A stretch of DNA of 64,000 bases from an uncultured delta proteobacterium (GCA_963828255.1 CAWHDZ010000026.1:49509-113508); one strand, 5' to 3'. Counted from the first letter of the stretch, positions 1 to 11,741 are shown. The notes: generated from the sequence alone by a model not told the origin. Numbers and translations: made by a program.

Positions 1-93
1 GGGGCCCAGGCGGGCCTGGAGGAAGCGCCCCAGCAGCGCCGCCGAGGCGCAGCCGTCGAAGCAGTTGGCGTGGTAAAGAATGCGGGCGTCCAT
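1..93 (-). CDS. DHH-family phosphoesterase, N-terminal part (runs off window)
   Basis: Manual minus-strand translation from ATG at 93: [31 protein letters not shown]; YHxxCxDG resembles the first motif of DHH-family proteins. Confidence 0.6.
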   Translation of the reverse strand, partial: MDARILYHANCFDGCASAALLGRFLQARLGP

Positions 94-197
94 GCGGCGG
101 GTCGGATCTAAGGGTTGCGGCAGGGCCCCGTCAACGAAAGCATCCACCCCCCCCTTCCGGTCGACGCGGCGAGGGGTGCGCGCTACACTCCGCGGCG

Positions 198-1159
<962 letters not shown>

Positions 1160-1163
<4 letters not shown>

Positions 1164-2059
1164 GCCCGCGCCCCCCCGACGAGGTCCGCGGCTCCACGCA
1201 GACCCAGGTGGTGATCCTGACCGGCGTCTCGGGGTCGGGGAAGACCACCGCGCTGCGCGCCCTCGAGGACGGCGGCTTCTACTGCGTCGACAACTTCCCC
1301 ATCGTCTTCCTCGAGAAGCTGCTCGAGCTCTCCGGCCACACCGCCGGCGAGGTCTCCCGCATCGGCCTGGTGGTGGACGCTCGCGAGCAGCGCTTCCTGG
1401 CCGACGCCCCCCGGATCGTCGAGGACCTGCGCCGCAAGGGGGCCGACGTCACCGTCCTCTTCTTCGACTCCTCCGACGAGTCGCTCATCCGCCGCTACTC
1501 GGAGACCCGCCGCCGCCACCCGCTGGCCGGGGGCTCGGGCAGCGTCCCGGAGGGCATCGCCGCCGAGCGCAAGGCGCTCGAGCCCCTGCGCGCCGTGGCC
1601 GACGAGGTGGTGGACACCACGCGGCTCAACGTCCACGAGCTGAAGCGGCTTGTGCACAACCGCTTCGTGGGCGCCGGCGCCGACGCCATGGGCGTGACCC
1701 TGGTCTCCTTCGGGTTCCGCACCGGCATCCCCGCCCACGCCGACCTGGTCCTCGACGTGCGCTTCCTGCCCAACCCCTACTTCGTCCCCGAGCTGAAGCC
1801 CTTCCCGGGCACCGAGCCCAGGGTGCGCGACTTCGTCCTCGGGCAGGAGGACGCGCAGCGCTTCCTGGAGAAGGCCGAGGACCTGGCCGGATTCCTCATC
1901 CCCCGCTACCGCGCCGAGGGGAAGACCTACCTGACCGTGGCCATCGGGTGCACCGGCGGGCGCCACCGCTCGGTGGCCATCGCGACCGAGCTGGCGGCCC
2001 GAATGGGCAAGCGCGGGATCCCGGTCCGGGTCTGGCACCGCGACGTTGACAAGGAGTGA
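1160..2059 (+). CDS. rapZ: RNase adapter RapZ/YvcJ-family P-loop protein
   Basis: [52 protein letters not shown] start overlaps hprK stop (GTGA). Confidence 0.95.
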
Positions 2060-2065
2060 ACGATC

Positions 2066-2506
2066 ATGATCGGGGTGGTGATCGCGACGCACGGCAGGCT
2101 CGCGGAGGAGGCCCTGGCCTGCGCCGAGGGGATCGTCGGGGTGCTGCAGCGCGCCCGCGCCGTCTCGGTCTCCTCGGCCCTGCCGCTCGACGCCGCACGC
2201 GAGGCCATCGCCGCCGCCATCCGCGACGTGGAAGAAGGGGACGGGGTGCTCATCCTCACCGACATGCTGGGGGGAACGCCGGCCAACCTGGCGCTGGGCT
2301 TCCTCGGCGACCGCGTCGACGTCATCACCGGCGTGAACCTCCCCATGCTGCTCAAGCTCTCCACCTGCCGGACCCCCGAGGCCACGCTCCCCGACGTGGC
2401 CCGCCTCATCTGCGCCTACGGCCAGAAGAACGTCACGCTGGCGAGCGACCTGCTCCGGCCCAGGGGCGCCGCCGGCCCTGCGCCGGGGGGCGGAGGATCG
2501 GCATGA
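2066..2506 (+). CDS. PTS mannose/fructose-class EIIA
   Basis: VVIATHG phospho-His motif, LTDMLGGTPAN, GVNLPML. Confidence 0.92.
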   Translation: MIGVVIATHGRLAEEALACAEGIVGVLQRARAVSVSSALPLDAAREAIAAAIRDVEEGDGVLILTDMLGGTPANLALGFLGDRVDVITGVNLPMLLKLSTCRTPEATLPDVARLICAYGQKNVTLASDLLRPRGAAGPAPGGGGSA

Positions 2507-2997
2507 TCGCGCTCGTCCGCATCGACGAGCGGCTGGTCCACGGGCAGGTGCTCGTGGGCTGGGTCCCGCACCTCGGCGCGCGGCGGGTGGTGGTCGCGGA
2601 CGACGAGGCGGCCCGCAGCCCGCTGGCCCGGGCGGCCATGTCGCTGGCGCTCCCCCCTGGAGTGGAGGCGTCGGTGGATGCGCTGGGCGCGGTGGACTGG
2701 GAGGCGCTCGGGCGCTCCCCCGACCCGGTGCTGGTGGTGCTCCGCGACGTGGCCCTGGCCGAGCGGGCGCTCGCCGCCGGGCTCACCCCCGGGCGGGTCG
2801 CCGTCCTGAACGTCGGGAACGTCCACTACGCCGAGGGGCGGCGGCAGGTGACGCCGTCGGTCTTCCTCTCCGGGGCCGAGGTGGAGGGGCTGCGCCGGCT
2901 CGCCGCCGCCGGCTTCCGGGTCGAGATCCGGGCGGTCCCCCTCGACGCCCCCATCGACCTGGCCGAGATCGAGCGGCGCTGGGCCGCCGCCGGCTGA
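2503..2997 (+). CDS. PTS mannose/sorbose-class EIIB
   Basis: RIDERLVHGQV motif, LNVGNVH; ATGA overlap with EIIA. Confidence 0.92.
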   Translation: MIALVRIDERLVHGQVLVGWVPHLGARRVVVADDEAARSPLARAAMSLALPPGVEASVDALGAVDWEALGRSPDPVLVVLRDVALAERALAAGLTPGRVAVLNVGNVHYAEGRRQVTPSVFLSGAEVEGLRRLAAAGFRVEIRAVPLDAPIDLAEIERRWAAAG

Positions 2998-3012
2998 TAG
3001 GATCGGGAAAGC

Positions 3013-3708
3013 GTGGACTACCTCGTCGTCGCCGTGGTCGCCGGGCTCGCGGCGGTGGAGCGAAAGGGCTTCCTCCAGGCCATGCTCTCCCGCCCGGTGG
3101 CGCTCGCCCCCATCGTCGGGTTCGCCCTCGGCGACCTCCCGGGCGGCCTCCTGCTCGGCCCGCCGCTGGAGCTGCTCTGGCTGGGGGCGGTGAACATGGG
3201 CGCGTCGCTGCCGCCCAACGAGGCCCTCGCCACCACGGCCATCACCGGCGGTGCGGTGCTGGCCGGCGGGGCGCTCGGCACCGGGGTCACCCCCGCGGTG
3301 GCGGTGCTCGCGGTGGCGGCGGCGGGGATGATGGCCACGCTGGGGCGCACCACCGACCGGGCCATCGAGGAGTGGAACGTGCGGCTGGCCGCCCGGGCCG
3401 AGCTCCTGCTCGGGCGCGGGTTCCCCGCCGCCGCGATGCGCGAGAACCTCTACGGGCTGGCCGCGCCCTTCGCCGTGTCGGCGCTGCTCGCCCCCGCGGC
3501 CGCGGCGCTCGTGGCGCTCGTCGTCCCCGCCGTCCTGCGCGGGTTCCCCACCCTGAACGCCCCGCTCGGCTGGGGGTGGGCGGCGCTCCTGGGGCTGGCC
3601 GCCGCCGCCGGCGCGCGGGCCTTCCGCAGCGCGCGGGGCATCGGCCTCTTCGCCGGGGCCGCAGCGGTCACCCTCGCGGTGGGCTGGCTCCTGGGAGGGA
3701 CCCGGTGA
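3013..3708 (+). CDS. PTS mannose-class EIIC
   Basis: Hydrophobic protein with SRPV..., LELLWLG..MGASLPPN; operon position. Confidence 0.85.
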   Translation: MDYLVVAVVAGLAAVERKGFLQAMLSRPVALAPIVGFALGDLPGGLLLGPPLELLWLGAVNMGASLPPNEALATTAITGGAVLAGGALGTGVTPAVAVLAVAAAGMMATLGRTTDRAIEEWNVRLAARAELLLGRGFPAAAMRENLYGLAAPFAVSALLAPAAAALVALVVPAVLRGFPTLNAPLGWGWAALLGLAAAAGARAFRSARGIGLFAGAAAVTLAVGWLLGGTR

Positions 3709-4466
3709 GCGTTCCCCCCGTCACCCTCCGTCGCGTCTTCTGGCGCTGCCTGTTCCTCCAGGCAGCCTGGAACCGGCGCGGCATGCAGAACCTGGGCTTC
3801 GCCTACGCCATCGACCCGGCGCTGCGACGTCTCTACGCCGATCCCGCCAAGCGCAACGAGGCGCTGCGGCGTCACCTGGCCACGTTCAACTGCCACCCCT
3901 ACACGGCGGCCGCGATCGTCGGCGGGGCCATCCACCACGAGGAGCGGGTCGCGGCGGGCCAGGAGCCGCCCGGCGCGCCGCTCGCCTACAAGCAGGTGCT
4001 GCAGGGTCCGCTGGCCGCGGTGGGCGACGGCTTCTTCTGGTCCGGGCTCCGGCCGTTCTTCGGCGCGCTGGCGGCGGTGGGGACCCTGGCGCTGGGCTGG
4101 CCGGCGCTGGTGGCCGCGCTCGTCCTCTACAACGCGGTCCACCTCTGGCTGCGCTGGACCCTCTTCCGCGCCGGGTACCGCTCCGGCGACGAGGTGGTGG
4201 TGCGGCTCGCCGCGCTCTCGCTTCCCGCATGGGCCTCGCGCCTGCGCGACTGGGGCGCGGTGCTCTGCGGCGTGGCGGCGGGGGCAGGGGCGCTCTCCGC
4301 GGTGGGGCGGATCTCGCCCTGGGCCGGGGTGCTGGCGATCGCCGCGGCGGTGGCGGGCATCGTGGCCCTCGGGCTGCGGGCGCGGCTCCTGCCCACGGCC
4401 TACGCGGTGATGGCGGCGGGTTCGGCGGTGGGAGCGGCGACGCAGGTCTTCCGGGGAGGAAGATAG
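3705..4466 (+). CDS. PTS mannose-class EIID
   Basis: LQAAWNRRGMQNLGFAYAI, FNCHPY, GPLAAVGDGFFW. Confidence 0.9.
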   Translation: MSVPPVTLRRVFWRCLFLQAAWNRRGMQNLGFAYAIDPALRRLYADPAKRNEALRRHLATFNCHPYTAAAIVGGAIHHEERVAAGQEPPGAPLAYKQVLQGPLAAVGDGFFWSGLRPFFGALAAVGTLALGWPALVAALVLYNAVHLWLRWTLFRAGYRSGDEVVVRLAALSLPAWASRLRDWGAVLCGVAAGAGALSAVGRISPWAGVLAIAAAVAGIVALGLRARLLPTAYAVMAAGSAVGAATQVFRGGR

Positions 4467-4469
4467 GAC

Positions 4470-4742
4470 ATGCACCGGATCGAGAGGACCTTCACCATCG
4501 TCAACTCGCTCGGGCTGCACGCGCGCCCCGCCGCGATGATCGTGCAGGCGGCCAACAAGTTCCGCTGCGACATCCAGTTCGAGAAGGACGGCCTGCAGAT
4601 CAACGCCAAGAGCATCATGGGCGTGCTCACGCTGGCGGCCGGGAAGGGCTCCTCGGTGGTGGTGGTCTGCGAGGGCGAGGACGCCGAGGCGGCGCTGGCG
4701 ACGCTGGCCAAGGTCTTCGAGTCGGGCTTCGGGGAGCGCTGA
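4470..4742 (+). CDS. ptsH: Phosphocarrier protein HPr
   Basis: GLHARPAA (His15) and NAKSIMGVL (Ser46). Confidence 0.97.
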   Translation: MHRIERTFTIVNSLGLHARPAAMIVQAANKFRCDIQFEKDGLQINAKSIMGVLTLAAGKGSSVVVVCEGEDAEAALATLAKVFESGFGER

Positions 4743-4744
4743 CC

Positions 4745-6517
4745 ATGGCCTCGACCACGCTCCAGGGGCTTCCGGCCTCCCCCGGCATCGCGGTCGGGCG
4801 CTGCTGGACGGTGGACCGGCGCAAGGTCCGCACGCCGCGCCGCAACATCTCCGCCGAGGAGGTGGAGGCCGAGCTGGCCCGCCTGGAGGCGGCCATCGAG
4901 CTCTCGGTACGCCAGCTCGACGGCGTCAAGGCGCGGATGGAGAGCGCCGACGGGACCGAGCACCTGGCCATCCTCGAGGTCCACCGCGCCATGCTGCGCG
5001 ACCCCTCGCTCGTGGACGAGTCGCGCCGGCTGGTTCGCGAGGAGCGGGTCAACGTCGAGTGGGCGGTGAAGCGGACCATCCGCAAGATCAAGGGAGCCTT
5101 CTCCGAGGACGACGAGTTCTTCCGCGAGCGGCGCTCCGACGTCGACTACGTGGGCGAGCGCATCGTGAAGAACCTGCTCGGCCAGGGGGTGGACGTCGTC
5201 GAGACCCCGCCGCCCGGCTCCATCGTGGTGGCCCGCGACCTCTCCCCCGCCGACACCGCCATCCTCTTCCACGATCGCAAGGTGGCCGGGCTGGTCACCG
5301 ACGCCGGCGGCATCACCAGCCACACCGCCATCGTGGCCCGCGCGCTGGAGATCCCGGCCGTGGTCGGCGCCGGGAAGGCCACCACGACCGCCGAGCGGGG
5401 CGACTGGATCGTCGTGGACGGCGGCCGCGGCCTGGTGGTGGTGAACCCCAGCGCCGGGGAGCGGGCCGACTACGAGGCGGCGCGCATCCGCCAGATGGAG
5501 CGCGAGGCCGAGCTGGCCCGCCTGAAGGACCTCCCGGCCGAGACCGTGGACGGGGTCCGGCTCCGCATGCTCGGCAACATCGAGTTCGGCGAGGAGGTTC
5601 CCGGGCTCCTCTCCCATGGTGGCGAGGGGGTCGGGCTCTACCGCACCGAGTTCCTCTTCATGGGGCGCACCGAGCTGCCCACCGAGGAGGACCACTACCG
5701 CGACTACCGCAACATCCTCGAGGCCATGGGCGGCCGTCCGGTCACCGTGCGCACCTTCGACCTGGGCGGAGACAAGCTCCCCTCGGGCCAGAGGGACCAC
5801 TCGGAGAACCCGGCGCTGGGGTTGCGGGCGGTCCGCTACTGCCTGCGCCACCCCGACCTCTTCCACGCCCAGCTGCGCGCCGCGGTGCGCGCCGCCGCCC
5901 ACGGGAACTTGAGGCTCATGTTCCCCATGGTGAGCGGCGTGGCCGAGGTGCGCGCCGCCAAGTGGATGCTCACCGAGGCCTTCGAGGAGGTGGTGGCCCA
6001 GGGGCTCGAGGCCCGCATGCCGCCGGTGGGGATCATGGTGGAGCTGCCCGCCGCGGCGGTGGTGGCCGACCGGCTGGCCCAGGAGGTGGACTTCCTCTCC
6101 ATCGGCACGAACGACCTGATCCAGTACACCATCGGCGTGGACCGCCAGAACAAGGACGTGGCCTACCTCTACCAGCCGCTCCACCTGGCCGTGCTGCGCA
6201 TGCTGCGCTCCATCACCGACGCGGCCCGGGCCGCCGGCAGGCCCGTCTCCATGTGCGGGGAGATGGCCGGCGAGCCGCTCTACACGCTGGTGCTCCTCGG
6301 CCTGGGCCTCGACGAGCTCTCCATGAACGGCCCCTCCATCCCGCTCGTGAAGCGGGTGATCCGCAGCGCCTCGGCGCGCGAGGGGCGAGAGCTGCTCGAC
6401 CGCATCCTGGGGCTCAACGCCGCCGACGACATCGAGCGAGAGGTCCGCGCCGAGATGACCCGGCGCTTCCCCGGGCTGCTCGAGGGCGACGCCGCGGTGG
6501 GGCCGGTCAGCGGGTGA
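4745..6517 (+). CDS. ptsI: PEP-protein phosphotransferase (Enzyme I)
   Basis: GGITSHTAIVAR, GVGLYRTEFLF, ENPALGLR, SIGTNDLIQY, MCGEMAG. Confidence 0.97.
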   Translation: MASTTLQGLPASPGIAVGRCWTVDRRKVRTPRRNISAEEVEAELARLEAAIELSVRQLDGVKARMESADGTEHLAILEVHRAMLRDPSLVDESRRLVREERVNVEWAVKRTIRKIKGAFSEDDEFFRERRSDVDYVGERIVKNLLGQGVDVVETPPPGSIVVARDLSPADTAILFHDRKVAGLVTDAGGITSHTAIVARALEIPAVVGAGKATTTAERGDWIVVDGGRGLVVVNPSAGERADYEAARIRQMEREAELARLKDLPAETVDGVRLRMLGNIEFGEEVPGLLSHGGEGVGLYRTEFLFMGRTELPTEEDHYRDYRNILEAMGGRPVTVRTFDLGGDKLPSGQRDHSENPALGLRAVRYCLRHPDLFHAQLRAAVRAAAHGNLRLMFPMVSGVAEVRAAKWMLTEAFEEVVAQGLEARMPPVGIMVELPAAAVVADRLAQEVDFLSIGTNDLIQYTIGVDRQNKDVAYLYQPLHLAVLRMLRSITDAARAAGRPVSMCGEMAGEPLYTLVLLGLGLDELSMNGPSIPLVKRVIRSASAREGRELLDRILGLNAADDIEREVRAEMTRRFPGLLEGDAAVGPVSG

Positions 6518-6549
6518 TCCCCGCCCCATCCTCCGGGTCGCCGGCGTCC

Positions 6550-6579
6550 TTGACACGTCCGTTCCAGCGGACGTAAGAC
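6550..6579 (+). promoter_or_regulatory. Candidate sigma70 promoter of metK with a palindrome in the spacer
   Basis: TTGACA(6550-55)-18 nt-TAAGAC; ACGTCCG/CGGACGT inverted repeat 6555-6574. Confidence 0.45.
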
Positions 6580-6603
6580 AGCCACCCTTCCCCCGGGAGA
6601 ACC

Positions 6604-7761
6604 ATGCAGAAAGACTTCCTCTTCACCTCCGAGTCGGTGACCGAGGGCCATCCGGACAAGATGGCCGACCAGATCTCCGACGCCGTCCTCGACGCCGTCC
6701 TGGCCCGCGACCCCAAGGGACGGGTGGCCTGCGAGACCCTGCTCAAGACCGGCTACGTCATGATCGCCGGCGAGATCACCACCAAGGCCCACGTCGACTA
6801 CCAGAAGCTGGCCCGCGACACGGTGAAGAGGATTGGATACACGCACAGTGACATGGGCTTCGACGGCCACACCTGCGCGGTGCTGGTCGCGGTGGACCAG
6901 CAGTCGCCCGACATCGGGCAGGGAGTGGACACCGGCGGCGCCGGCGACCAGGGGATGATGTTCGGCTACGCCTGCGACGAGACGCCCGAGCTCATGCCGG
7001 CGCCCATCCAGTACGCCCACCACCTCACCCGCGAGCTCTCCCGCGCGCGCCGCCGCGGCCTCGACTTCCTGCGCCCCGACGGCAAGGCGCAGGTGAGCGT
7101 CGAGTACCGGGACGGCAAGGTGGCGCGCATCGACACGGTGGTGGTCTCCAGCCAGCACTCCGACGCGGTCTCGAACAAGACCCTCCACGCCGCCGTGCGC
7201 GAGGAGGTCATCGCCCGGGCGCTTCCGAAGAAGCTCGTCGACCGCAAGACCCGGATCTTCATCAACCCCACCGGCCGCTTCGTCGTGGGCGGACCCATGG
7301 GCGACACCGGCGTCACCGGCCGCAAGATCATCGTGGATACCTACGGCGGCATGGGGCGTCACGGCGGCGGGGCGTTCAGCGGCAAGGACCCCTCCAAGGT
7401 CGATCGCTCGGCCGCCTACATGGGGCGCTACATCGCCAAGAACGTGGTGGCGGCCGGCCTGGCCACCCGCTGCGAGGTGCAGGTGGCCTACGCCATCGGC
7501 GTGGCCGAGCCGGTCTCGGTGATGGTGGAGACCTTCGGGACCTCCACCGTCTCCGAGGAGGCGATCGCCGCTGCGGTCCGCGAGGTCTTCGGCCTCACCC
7601 CCGGCGAGATCATCCGGGGCCTCGACCTGCTCCGCCCCATCTACCAGGCCACCGCCGCCTACGGCCACTTCGGCCGCGAGGAGAAGGCCTTCACCTGGGA
7701 GCGCACCGACAAGAAGGGCGCGCTCCAGGCCGCCGTCGGGCGCAAGGGCAAGCGCAGCTAG
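6604..7761 (+). CDS. metK: S-adenosylmethionine synthetase
   Basis: [35 protein letters not shown]. Confidence 0.98.
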   Translation: MQKDFLFTSESVTEGHPDKMADQISDAVLDAVLARDPKGRVACETLLKTGYVMIAGEITTKAHVDYQKLARDTVKRIGYTHSDMGFDGHTCAVLVAVDQQSPDIGQGVDTGGAGDQGMMFGYACDETPELMPAPIQYAHHLTRELSRARRRGLDFLRPDGKAQVSVEYRDGKVARIDTVVVSSQHSDAVSNKTLHAAVREEVIARALPKKLVDRKTRIFINPTGRFVVGGPMGDTGVTGRKIIVDTYGGMGRHGGGAFSGKDPSKVDRSAAYMGRYIAKNVVAAGLATRCEVQVAYAIGVAEPVSVMVETFGTSTVSEEAIAAAVREVFGLTPGEIIRGLDLLRPIYQATAAYGHFGREEKAFTWERTDKKGALQAAVGRKGKRS

Positions 7762-7788
7762 CCCGTTCTGGGGATCCGGGGAGCCGGC

Positions 7789-8661
7789 ATGGGACCTCTC
7801 GCCGCCCTCCTCCTCGGGATCGTCCAGGCGATCACCGAGTTCCTTCCGGTCAGCTCCACCGCCCACCTGCTGCTGGTCGGCGAGCTGCTCGGCGAGAGCC
7901 TGGGCGACGACAGGTTCCGGGCCTTCGTCACCATCATCCAGACCGGCACCACGCTGGCGGTGCTGGTCTACTTCCGGCAGGACCTCGGGCGCATCACCGC
8001 GGCCTTCGTGCGCGGGCTCCGCGAGGGCCGGCCGCTCGGCACCTTCGAGGCGCGCCTGGCCTGGTACATCGCGCTCGGCACGGTCCCGGCGGCGGTGCTG
8101 GGCAAGCTCCTCGAGCGCCCCATCGAGGCGCTCGGCAACGGGGTCATCGCCTTCTCCCTCGTCTTCTGGGGCGTGGTCATGGCGCTCGCGGAGCGCTTCG
8201 CCTCCCACCGGCGCACCATGGAGGACGTCACGGCCCGCTCGGCGCTGGCCATCGGCATCGGCCAGGCGCTGGCGCTCGTGCCCGGGACGTCCCGTTCGGG
8301 GAGCACCATCACCACCGGGATGCTGCTCGGCTTCTCGCGCGAGGCCGCTGCCCGCTTCAGCTTCCTCCTCTCGGTCCCCATCATCCTGGGCGCCGGTGTC
8401 TACAAGCTCGCCAAGGCGCTGCCGGTCCTGCGCGACCAACCCTCCTGGCGCTCCGCCACGCTGATCGGGACGGCGGTCTCGGCGGTGGCGGGGTACCTGG
8501 TCATCGGCTGGCTGCTGCGCTACCTGCGCACGCGCACCACCTACCTGTTCGTGGCCTGGAGGATCGTGCTGGGCGTGCTGGTGGCCGTCCTGCTCTGGCA
8601 GGGCCTCCTCCCGGCCGAGGACGCGCCGGTTCCTCCTCCCCCGGCCGCCCGGATCCGATGA
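7789..8661 (+). CDS. uppP: Undecaprenyl-diphosphate phosphatase (BacA/UppP)
   Basis: [30 protein letters not shown]. Confidence 0.95.
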   Translation: MGPLAALLLGIVQAITEFLPVSSTAHLLLVGELLGESLGDDRFRAFVTIIQTGTTLAVLVYFRQDLGRITAAFVRGLREGRPLGTFEARLAWYIALGTVPAAVLGKLLERPIEALGNGVIAFSLVFWGVVMALAERFASHRRTMEDVTARSALAIGIGQALALVPGTSRSGSTITTGMLLGFSREAAARFSFLLSVPIILGAGVYKLAKALPVLRDQPSWRSATLIGTAVSAVAGYLVIGWLLRYLRTRTTYLFVAWRIVLGVLVAVLLWQGLLPAEDAPVPPPPAARIR

Positions 8662-9254
8662 CCATCGAGGCGCTCCGGAGGGCGCTCGCCGGGCGCCCGT
8701 TCACGCTCCTCGACGTCGTCGCGCTCGAGCCGGCCTACCGCCATTCCATCGGAAAGCTCGCCGGGGCGGCAGTGCTGGTGCCGATCTTCACCCGCGACGG
8801 CGAGCCCCACGTCCTCATGACGCGACGGCGCGACGACCTCCGGCTCCACCCCGGCCAGATCTCCTTCCCCGGAGGGCGGATCGATCCGACCGACAGGGAC
8901 GCCCAGGCCGCCGCGCTCCGCGAGGCCGAGGAGGAGATCGGCCTCGCTCCCGCCGACGTGGAGGTGCTGGGAAGGCTCGGCGAGGCGCTGGTGGTGACGT
9001 CCGGGTTCCGCTTGACGCCCTGGGTGGGCCTCGTGCCATATCCGTACCCGTACGTCGCCCAGCCCGACGAGGTGGCCGGGCTGGTCGAGTTCTCCGTCGC
9101 CGACCTCCTCGCGCCGGGAAGTCATCGGGTCGAGGCCCGGGAGGCGTTCGGCATGGCGCACGAGGTCCACACCTTCGACGTCGGCGGGGAGGTCGTATGG
9201 GGCGCCACCGCGTGCATCCTCCACGAGCTCCTCGCCGTCTGGAGATCCGCATGA
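8658..9254 (+). CDS. Nudix hydrolase, CoA-pyrophosphatase (NudL/PCD1) type
   Basis: HPGQISFPGG..ALREAEEEIG Nudix box; VWGATA. Confidence 0.9.
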   Translation: MTIEALRRALAGRPFTLLDVVALEPAYRHSIGKLAGAAVLVPIFTRDGEPHVLMTRRRDDLRLHPGQISFPGGRIDPTDRDAQAAALREAEEEIGLAPADVEVLGRLGEALVVTSGFRLTPWVGLVPYPYPYVAQPDEVAGLVEFSVADLLAPGSHRVEAREAFGMAHEVHTFDVGGEVVWGATACILHELLAVWRSA

Positions 9255-10339
9255 AGCTCTTTCCCGTGGTGATGGCCGGCGGCAGCGGAACCCGGTTCTG
9301 GCCGCTCAGCCGCAAGAACCGCCCCAAGCAGTTCCTGCCCCTCGACGGCGACGAGCCGATGCTTGCCGCCACGGTCGAAAGGTTGCCCCCGCTGGCGCGC
9401 ATCCAGGACACCTTCGTGGTCTGCGGACCGAACCACGCCGCCGCGGCGCGCCGCATCCTGCGCAAGCTCCCCAAGGACAACCTCATCGTCGAGCCCTGCC
9501 CGCGCAACACCGCTCCCTGCATCGGCCTGGCCGCGCTGCACGTCACGCGGCGCGATCCCAAGGGGGTGATGATCATGCTTCCGGCCGACCACCACGTGGC
9601 CCGCCCCGAGGCCATGCGCGAGGCGCTCGCCGCCGGTGCGCAGCTGGCCTTCGAGGGGGCGGTGGCCACCATCGGCATCCGCCCCGACCGGCCCGAGACC
9701 GGCTACGGCTACCTCAAGGTGGGCGCCCGGCTGAAGGCGGTCGGGCGCGGCAAGAAGGCCTTCCACCCGTCGCGGGTGGAGCGCTTCGTCGAGAAGCCCG
9801 ACGTGGTCACGGCCTCGCGCTACCTGGCCGAGGGGGGCTACCTCTGGAACTCGGGCATCTTCCTCTTCCGGGCCGACGTCATCCTCGAGGAGATCCGGCG
9901 GGCCATGCCGGTGCTCGGCGAGCAGCTGGCGGTCATCGAGAAGGCGCTCGGCACCCCCTCCTACGGCCGCACGCTGGCCCGGGTCTTCCCGGCCGCCCCC
10001 TCCATCTCCATCGACTACGGCGTCATGGAGAAGAGCCAGCGCATCGCGGTGGTCCCGGCCGAGTTCGGCTGGAGCGACGTGGGGAGCTTCGCGGCCCTCT
10101 CGGAGGTGCGCGAGCTCGACGACCTCGGCAACGTGCTGCAGGGCGACGCCATCGTCATCGACGGCCACGACAACGTGGTGCTCGGGCACGGCAAGCGCCC
10201 GATCGCGGTGGTCGGGGTGGACGGGCTGGTCGTGGTCGACGCCGGCGACGCGGTCCTGGTGGTGCGCAAGGAGAAGGCCCAGGACGTGCGCAAGGCGGTC
10301 GAGGAGCTCAAGCGGCGCGGGCGCGGTTCGCTCCTCTAG
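9251..10339 (+). CDS. manC: Mannose-1-phosphate guanylyltransferase
   Basis: MAGGSGTRFWPLSR..PKQFL, RNTAPCI, PADH, FVEKP, WNSGIF, SIDYGVMEK, WSDVG. Confidence 0.93.
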   Translation: MKLFPVVMAGGSGTRFWPLSRKNRPKQFLPLDGDEPMLAATVERLPPLARIQDTFVVCGPNHAAAARRILRKLPKDNLIVEPCPRNTAPCIGLAALHVTRRDPKGVMIMLPADHHVARPEAMREALAAGAQLAFEGAVATIGIRPDRPETGYGYLKVGARLKAVGRGKKAFHPSRVERFVEKPDVVTASRYLAEGGYLWNSGIFLFRADVILEEIRRAMPVLGEQLAVIEKALGTPSYGRTLARVFPAAPSISIDYGVMEKSQRIAVVPAEFGWSDVGSFAALSEVRELDDLGNVLQGDAIVIDGHDNVVLGHGKRPIAVVGVDGLVVVDAGDAVLVVRKEKAQDVRKAVEELKRRGRGSLL

Positions 10340-10370
10340 GCGGTCGGCGCCGGGCGCGAAGGGGGACGAC

Positions 10371-11741
10371 ATGGCGGCCATCTCGAAGACGATCTTCCGC
10401 GAGTACGACATCCGCGGGCTGGTGGACCAGGACCTCACCGAGGACGCGGTGCTCCTCGTGGGGCGCGCGCTCGGCGCCGAGGTGCGCGAGCAGGGCGGCC
10501 GCCGGGTGGTCATGGGGCGCGACTGCCGGGAGAGCGGTCCACGCTTCGCGAGGGCGATGGCGGCGGGGCTGAACGCGGCCGGCGTGGACGTGACCGATCT
10601 GGGGGTGGTGCCCACGCCGCTCACCTACTTCGCCGCGGCCACCCTTCCGGTGGACGGCCTGGTGATGATCACCGGCTCCCACAACCCGCCCGAGTACAAC
10701 GGCCTCAAGGTCGGGGTGGGGAAGAACACGCTCCACGGCGACGGCATCCAGGCGCTCCTCCGGCGCATCACCGCGGACCGCTTCACGAGCGGGGAGGGCA
10801 AGGTCGAGGCCCACGACATCGTCACGCCCTACCTGGCCTACGTCCGCGGCAATCTGAAGCTCGGCCCCCGCAAGCTCAAGGTGGTGGTGGACGCCGGGAA
10901 CGGCACCGGCGGCGTCATCGCCGTGCCGCTCTTCCGCTCGCTGGGCGTCGAGGTGGTGCCGCTCTTCGAGGAGATGGACGGGCGCTTCCCGAACCACCAC
11001 CCGGACCCGACGGTGGAGAAGAACCTCGCGTTCCTCAAGGCCAAGGTGCTCGAGACCGGCGCCGACCTGGGGGTGGCCTACGACGGCGACGCCGACCGGG
11101 TGGGGGCCGTGGACGAGAAGGGAACGGTGCTGTGGGGCGACCAGCTCATGATCCTCTTCTCGCGGGCGGTGCTGGCCGAGAACCCCGGCGCGGCCATCGT
11201 CGGCGAGGTGAAGTGCTCGAAGACCCTCTACGACGACATCGCCGCCCGCGGCGGCCGGGGCATCATGTGGAAGGCCGGCCACAGCCTCATCAAGGCCAAG
11301 ATGAAGGAGGAGGGGGCGCTGCTCGCCGGGGAGATGAGCGGGCACATCTTCTTCGCCCACCGCTGGTTCGGCTTCGACGACGGCATCTACTCGTCGGGCC
11401 GGCTGCTCGAGCTGGTCTCGCGCACCGACCGGCCGGTCTCGACGCTCCTCGCCGACGTGCCGAGGACCTTCTCGACGCCGGAGATCCGCTACGACTGCCC
11501 GGAGGAGATCAAGTTCGAGCTGGTCCGCCTGGCGCAGGAGTGGTTCGCCTCCCGGCACGAGGCGGTGACCATCGACGGGGTCCGCGTGATCTTTTCCGAC
11601 GGGTGGGGCCTGGTCCGCGCCTCCAACACCCAGCCGCTCCTCGTCCTCCGCTTCGAGGCCCTGACGGCCGGGAGGCTGGCCGAGATCCAGGCGCTGGTGA
11701 CCTCGAAGGTGGATGAGCTGAAACGGCGTCTCGGCGCGTAG
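10371..11741 (+). CDS. Phosphomannomutase/phosphoglucomutase (AlgC/ManB type)
   Basis: FREYDIRG, TGSHNP, DGDADR, GEMSGH, RASNTQP. Confidence 0.95.
   Translation: MAAISKTIFREYDIRGLVDQDLTEDAVLLVGRALGAEVREQGGRRVVMGRDCRESGPRFARAMAAGLNAAGVDVTDLGVVPTPLTYFAAATLPVDGLVMITGSHNPPEYNGLKVGVGKNTLHGDGIQALLRRITADRFTSGEGKVEAHDIVTPYLAYVRGNLKLGPRKLKVVVDAGNGTGGVIAVPLFRSLGVEVVPLFEEMDGRFPNHHPDPTVEKNLAFLKAKVLETGADLGVAYDGDADRVGAVDEKGTVLWGDQLMILFSRAVLAENPGAAIVGEVKCSKTLYDDIAARGGRGIMWKAGHSLIKAKMKEEGALLAGEMSGHIFFAHRWFGFDDGIYSSGRLLELVSRTDRPVSTLLADVPRTFSTPEIRYDCPEEIKFELVRLAQEWFASRHEAVTIDGVRVIFSDGWGLVRASNTQPLLVLRFEALTAGRLAEIQALVTSKVDELKRRLGA

Noticed and set aside
6518..6603. SAM riboswitch upstream of metK
   Set aside because: The gap is short, largely occupied by the candidate promoter, and shows no recognisable SAM-I/II core
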